From NCBI GenBank assembly GCA_963833425.1, contig CAWHXP010000005.1, forward strand, positions 187,902-251,901: DNA of 64,000 nucleotides. The letters are read 5' to 3'. This stretch comes from an uncultured Methanosarcinaceae archaeon. Lineage in GTDB: Archaea; Halobacteriota; Methanosarcinia; Methanosarcinales; Methanosarcinaceae. Below are positions 58,892-64,000 of this stretch, one piece after another (the first letter of the stretch is position 1; every line of letters starts with the position of its first letter). The position numbers and the translations under genes were made by a program. A model generated the notes under the pieces. That model did not search any database. It was not told where the DNA came from and was given only the letters and a program-made list of their open reading frames with translations.

Positions 58892-59040
58892 GGTTCCGTT
58901 GCAAAAATAATTTTACTGCCTTTTTAGGCTATAACTATTACTTTTTGTATCATCATTGACCTGTTTATAGCATATAAATATCCCATTTGTGATGTTTTTC
59001 ACTGGTTTTGTAAAATAGCTAGATTTTTTGCAACAGAACC
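58892..59040. mobile_element. Third copy of the 149-bp IS6-type MITE, inserted in the 3' end of a TerS-like gene
   Basis: GGTTCCGTTGCAAAAA ... TTTTTTGCAACAGAACC; near-identical to 2582-2730. Confidence 0.92.
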
Positions 59041-59364
59041 CGTTTTCTTATATACCCGCCTGCCAAACTCTTCTGGAAATCGACGCTCAAGGATCCAGGT
59101 ACATATTTGCGTGTCACCAGCTTTGGCGGCTTCATTAATGCGTTCCAAAAGAACTTTTGCAGCATCAGCATTATATTTTTGAATATATTTATAGAACTGA
59201 TAATACTTTCCTGATTTCTCCGTCTGTCCCCTTTGCATCCAAAAATTGAATGTTTTATACGTGATTCCTGCAGCTTCGGAAGCCAAAGAATATGTGAGTC
59301 CCAAAGCAATATTATCACCGATTCTCTGTTGCAGTTCAGGAGTTAACTTACAAGGTCTAGACAT
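58999..59364 (-). CDS. Terminase small subunit-like HTH protein; C-terminus replaced by MITE sequence
   Basis: MSRPCKLTPE..ASEAAGITYKTFNFWMQRG..WILERRFPEEFGRR. Confidence 0.6.
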   Translation of the reverse strand: MSRPCKLTPELQQRIGDNIALGLTYSLASEAAGITYKTFNFWMQRGQTEKSGKYYQFYKYIQKYNADAAKVLLERINEAAKAGDTQICTWILERRFPEEFGRRVYKKTGSVAKNLAILQNQ

Positions 59365-59875
59365 GGTCACACCGTTTTTATTTCTTATAATTAATATTAG
59401 TGAATCTTGTATTTAATATTTAGTTAGTTTTGTTTTGCATGGAGACGAGCTGTAGACTGGATTAATCAAATATAAACCATTCTCAGACGCCATGAGCTAT
59501 CTTTTGATATGTTCATGCTCTGTTTGCATTAGGCCTATCAAAAGTGAGCGATTGTAGGGCGATTTCGAATATTTTCTTGAATCTTATAGGTAGATTGGAG
59601 TAAGTGAACAGACCAAATAAAGCTATGAATGATAGATAAGACTTTATTTAGAAACTATACTTATTATTATTAAATTAAAATAATAATGTATTATTTTTAG
59701 CTTTAGCTTAGAGCTTTTCCGGTGCATTTAAGCATACAGGCGATGGGCTTCAGACAGCTATCGCCAAGAAATTCACATAATCTCTTTGGTACATTAACGA
59801 TTGGAAGGTATTAGATATGTCAGAAAGACTAAGAATTAGTCTTGGTAAGTTAAAAGTGGCATTAAACATTTTTGT

Positions 59876-61254
59876 ATGCTCATTGATCATTCTATTATTG
59901 ATGGTACCATTTACAACTGCAATCAGTACACGGATGAGGATTACCAAGCTCTTGAGAACGATTCGTATTCTATAGGCGTCCAAGCTTATATCTATGGTCT
60001 TGCTCCAGTAATGATGCAGCGGACTGAAAATCTCTTTGCCACAACACCAGGTATGGGACATGCTCCGGTAAATCAGATGGGCTATTCTACACACCTTGCC
60101 ACTGCAAACGACACAGATGTCGTTACACCTAACGCAGATACGCTTTACAATATTGCATTTCTCGAATTGGGAAAAGAACCGATAGTACTGCATGTACCAG
60201 ACACCAATGGACGTTACTATGTCCAGCAGATGCTTGACGCATACACAAATACCTTCAACAGCGTAGGTAAACGGACCACTGGAACTGTAGAAGGCGATTT
60301 CGCTATTGTTGGACCTGGTTGGAACAGCAACCTGCCCACAGGACTCCAGGTGATTAAATCACCTACCAATTCCGTATGGATCATTGGCAGGATCCTAGTA
60401 AAAGGGGAATCGGACCTGCCCAATGTGCTGGCGTTACAGAAACAGTTTACTCTAACAACACTAAGCCAGTACGGGAAGCCAGCAGTCGCAGCTAAAAATG
60501 AGACACTTGCTGAATTTAAGGAAGCTGTAGCTTCACCTACTGCACAGGATAGCATACGGTTTTTCGAAGAACTACGGGTTGCCCTGAAGAATAACCGGCA
60601 GTAGCTGGAGAAGCAGCTCTCATGGCAGTCTTCGATCGGATAGGCTTGGGTAAGAATGAGACATCTATGGAACAAATTTAGATCCAGCTATTGCTGATGG
60701 GCTATCGCGAGCTATCAAGGACGGAGATCAGATCGTTAAGAGCTCTTGGAAGAACCGTAAAGGATTTTATATCAACGGTTGGACGTACAATACCAAAATG
60801 CGGAACATATGGATATGATTATCTGCTACGTGCAGCCATTACTGAAGGTTCACTTGGAGCTAATGTCCCTGAAGAAGCGATCTACGCAAAGACACAAACT
60901 GGTACAGACGGACAGCCACTGAGCGGTGCCAACAATTACTTAATGCACTTTGATAAAGGGAATCTGCCACCTGTGAATGCCTTCTGGTCATTGAGCATGT
61001 ACAATACGACCACACACATGTTCGTGCCGAATTCAATCAACAGCTATTCAGTTAGCGAGCAGAAGAACAAGTTTATGTATAACCCTGATGGTTCCCTGGA
61101 CATCTACATCCAGAACGAAGAACCAGTTGGGAAGGAATCAAATTGGCTGCCTGCACCTAAAGGAGATTTTTAGATGATATTGAGAATGTATCTACCAGGT
61201 CCCAAGGTATTAAATGGAACTTACCAGATTCCACAAGTGCAGAAAGTAGTATAG
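59876..61254 (+). pseudogene. DUF1254/DUF1214 protein with three frameshifts and an in-frame TAG (61171-61173)
   Basis: AYIYGL, VVTPNADTLY, GRYY..MLDAYT, LPPVNAFWSLSMY, NWLPAP, ILRMYLP. Confidence 0.88.
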
Positions 61255-61899
61255 GCAAAAAAGATAGAAATAAGGGGCTGCAATAACCCCCCATTTTAAT
61301 TATTGAGCTCATTTAAAGCTATATTAAATCTCATTTTTAATGTTTTTTTAGTACTCTTATGCACTAAGGCGGGGTTTTGACTAAATTAATTAAAATGAGC
61401 CATTCTCAGCCATTTTAAGAAGTTTTTTTACAAAGGGAATGATATTCTATATACTCTTAATAAAAGTCTCACTAGTGAGCTCAGGTTAAGTCATTTTTTC
61501 GACCAATCGAATCCCCATGATTTTACTCTCATAGCACGGTAGGTACCTTCAAGATATTTTTCCATGTATATCTATAACATTAAATATATATAATATAAAT
61601 TATCGCTACTAGCTAAAACATGATAAACCGTAATTTATAATAACCATAGAGCAAAGAATGATCAATTACGGGGCGATGTATGGTGTTTTCTTTAATGAGT
61701 TAGGGTTATTAACTTATGATAAATTATAATTTCGTTGTAGAGCTTGAGATTAAGTCAGTTATTGTTTGGCGCGGGAAGGCTTCTGACTATTATAATTCAT
61801 AAGATTGGGATCACATAATGTTAATACTAATTACTCTGCGTTAGGAATTTATATTCAGAAAAGTATATAATTTATTAAATATAATATATTTAGTATATT

Positions 61900-61976
61900 T
61901 CCCCACATATCATATAAGATATGTGATCGAGTTGCAGGGAACCCCTTCATCTGCAGCTCATAATATCTACTTTTTT
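61900..61976 (+). ncRNA. Candidate small structured RNA
   Basis: TATA-rich upstream; hairpins CACATATC/GATATGTG and GAGTTGCAG/CTGCAGCTC; T6 tract. Confidence 0.4.
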
Positions 61977-62529
61977 GACATTTTAGGTTAACCTGATCAC
62001 CTTAGCTAATAAGAATTTTTATTTAAGATCAATATTTTTGTCCTTATTCTACCCTTTTAACTATATTAATTTCTAGTAGAAGTTATGGGCCATTTTTTTC
62101 TTGTGAGAATTAAATAAGACCAAGGTTCTGTTATACTACTACTTTGCAATAAACAAATTACCATTTGTTGAATGATTTAAGCCTTTTTAAGTAAAATGGA
62201 TAACCACCAAAGATAAATCAAAAACAGACTATAGGGACTGAGATTAAGTAATTTATTGATTATCAGGAAGATTTCCAGCTTTTATACTTCTTAAGATAAT
62301 GACTACAGAATGTTAATACTGAATAGTTTAAGTTAGGAGAATATATTCCTAACAATATATAATCAATAAAATTTATTTATAATTCAACTGTGTCAGTGCT
62401 TTCATGCAAACATACCTACTATCGAGCTGCAGACTTGTGCATTTCTTCATCTGCGGCTCACAATATCAACTTTTTTTATATCTTAGATCAGCCTGGTTAC
62501 CTAAACTAATACCTAGATCGTTATATCAC

Positions 62530-63905
62530 AGCCTCCCTTATTTATGGAGCTTTTCAGCTACTTCTAATATTGTCTCATATCCAAGTCTTCGCTCATATTC
62601 TGGAGTCTGTTTCGTTAAAACTTGCAACAAATCTAGGGACATCTTCTACAGTGGAATTGTAATTTACTTTTGAATATTTGATTAGTGCTTTTTTCAAAAG
62701 CCCCACTGCTTCATATATACTCTCATCATTTTCTTGAGTGTAACCAATGCAACCATATGTAACCCCCCCATCAACTGTAGAGTTACACTCGCTAATCATA
62801 TTCAGATGGCATGATTTTTCATCAGGTGTAATACTGTAACCCATATTTTCAGAACAAGAGACTACTAATCTTTCTGGACTCATTTCCAAATCTGTAGTTT
62901 CTGCCAAAAAAGTATTATCAGAATTACCCTGTATAACATCTATCCTTTTTAAGGTTACATTCCTATTAATTCTATCTATTGCATTTGGTTTTAGTGTAAC
63001 CACATTAGACGTTACACTAGGGTTACAGGGGGTTACAGTGATTACACTTTCTTCAGATAGTTTTTGTATGAATATTGTCCTTTCTTCTTCTGCCTTTTCA
63101 TGATTTATCGTTGCAACCGAATCATACATTTCAAATCCTAATTTAGGGCCGTGGTATTCATATACGTGTCCCCATGTTGTCATTTTAGCTCCATCTTTTC
63201 CATCAATCGTATTACTGCGATCGATTTTATTCAATTGTGGCACTTTAGCAAGCATACCGCTTTTACCATCTTTCCCATTCAGGATTTGCATAACCCGTTC
63301 CCTAGAGACGTTCAAGAAATGCATTAAATTTTGTATGGTTGCAGGCTTTCCTTCTATGAATTTCAAAACCTTTATTTCTTGATCAGTTAGGTTAGTAGCA
63401 TTGTTTTTAGCTGTGCCGTTGTAGATTCTCAGAGCTCGATGAAAATCTTCGATGTCTGATAGATAGTATCCATTTAATTTTTCACGCTGCATGACTTTAA
63501 AAAGAGCAATGGATCGGAGTATATCAAGAAATTTTGAAAAGTTTCGTCGATTCTCTATATTCGTCCATTCAATAGCATTAATATAAGGTATTTTAATATT
63601 ATACTGTTCTTTGTCAAGGATGTCAAAAATACATCGACAGATTAACACATCATCATCGATTGGTAAATTCAAATCGAGTTCTTTGTCCTTAATGTGATTA
63701 TAGACTCTTAAATCCTGTTCTTTGCTTCCATCAACATCAGCATTTAAGAATCTATTTGCTAGTTGCTCGTCTGGTATGCCATCAATTGTTGAGAACCAAA
63801 ACGAGCATCTTTCAGGTATCTAATATTCAGCATAAACCTGATTTACTACCGTTCGATGTTGAACTGGTTTCTGAAAATCGGAAGTGCTCTGTTTTAACGT
63901 CTCTA
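62530..63905 (-). pseudogene. Large replication protein (primase/helicase-like) of an integrated element, disrupted
   Basis: LKQSTSDFQ..HRTV..IPERCSFWFSTID..QLANRFL (AAA+/MCM-like core) followed by a wHTH-like region; in-frame TAG at 63820-63822; apparent C-terminal frameshift near 62600. Confidence 0.55.
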
Positions 63906-64000
63906 TAAAATATAACAATTCACTGAATATTATAAAAATAATCCAATTGCACCCTGGTATCGTAGGGGGCAAAAATTAATTCCTGTCGACAATCCCCAAC

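Noticed and set aside
60602..61173. Pyrrolysine read-through in the DUF1254 gene
   Set aside because: The first TAG arises from a frameshift and the gene has three frameshifts, so simple decay explains it.
63905..64000. Possible IS end interrupting the replication gene
   Set aside because: Sequence character changes, but the window ends before any partner end or transposase is visible.

Overview
AT-rich archaeal chromosome segment, almost certainly from a Methanosarcina-type methanogen. Support: cofE, archaeal NAC, intron-containing tRNA-Met, an iscS/iscU/metX cluster and YVTN/TPR surface proteins. Intact core genes (nac, IscA-like, glycogen debranching enzyme, manC, cyclase, radical SAM, flippase, GNAT, HhH-GPD, DUF373, cofE, bioB, metX, ThiF, iscS) are interspersed with many pseudogenes, IS6 and IS200 remnants and at least two MITE families. 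Best leads: (1) a palindrome TCACAATTGTGA repeated at promoters of a sulfur/Fe-S cluster and its divergent HTH regulator; (2) a TPR gene enclosed by 83-bp near-perfect inverted repeats; (3) a decayed element at the right edge with TerS-like and primase/helicase-like genes and a structured sRNA candidate; (4) a MurL-like epimerase relic in an archaeon; (5) a bacterial msrA-dipZ fragment placed behind a host signal-peptide ORF; (6) a secreted Gly/Cys-repeat peptide. All family assignments come from motif recognition by eye; no database searches were run, and pseudogene boundaries are approximate.
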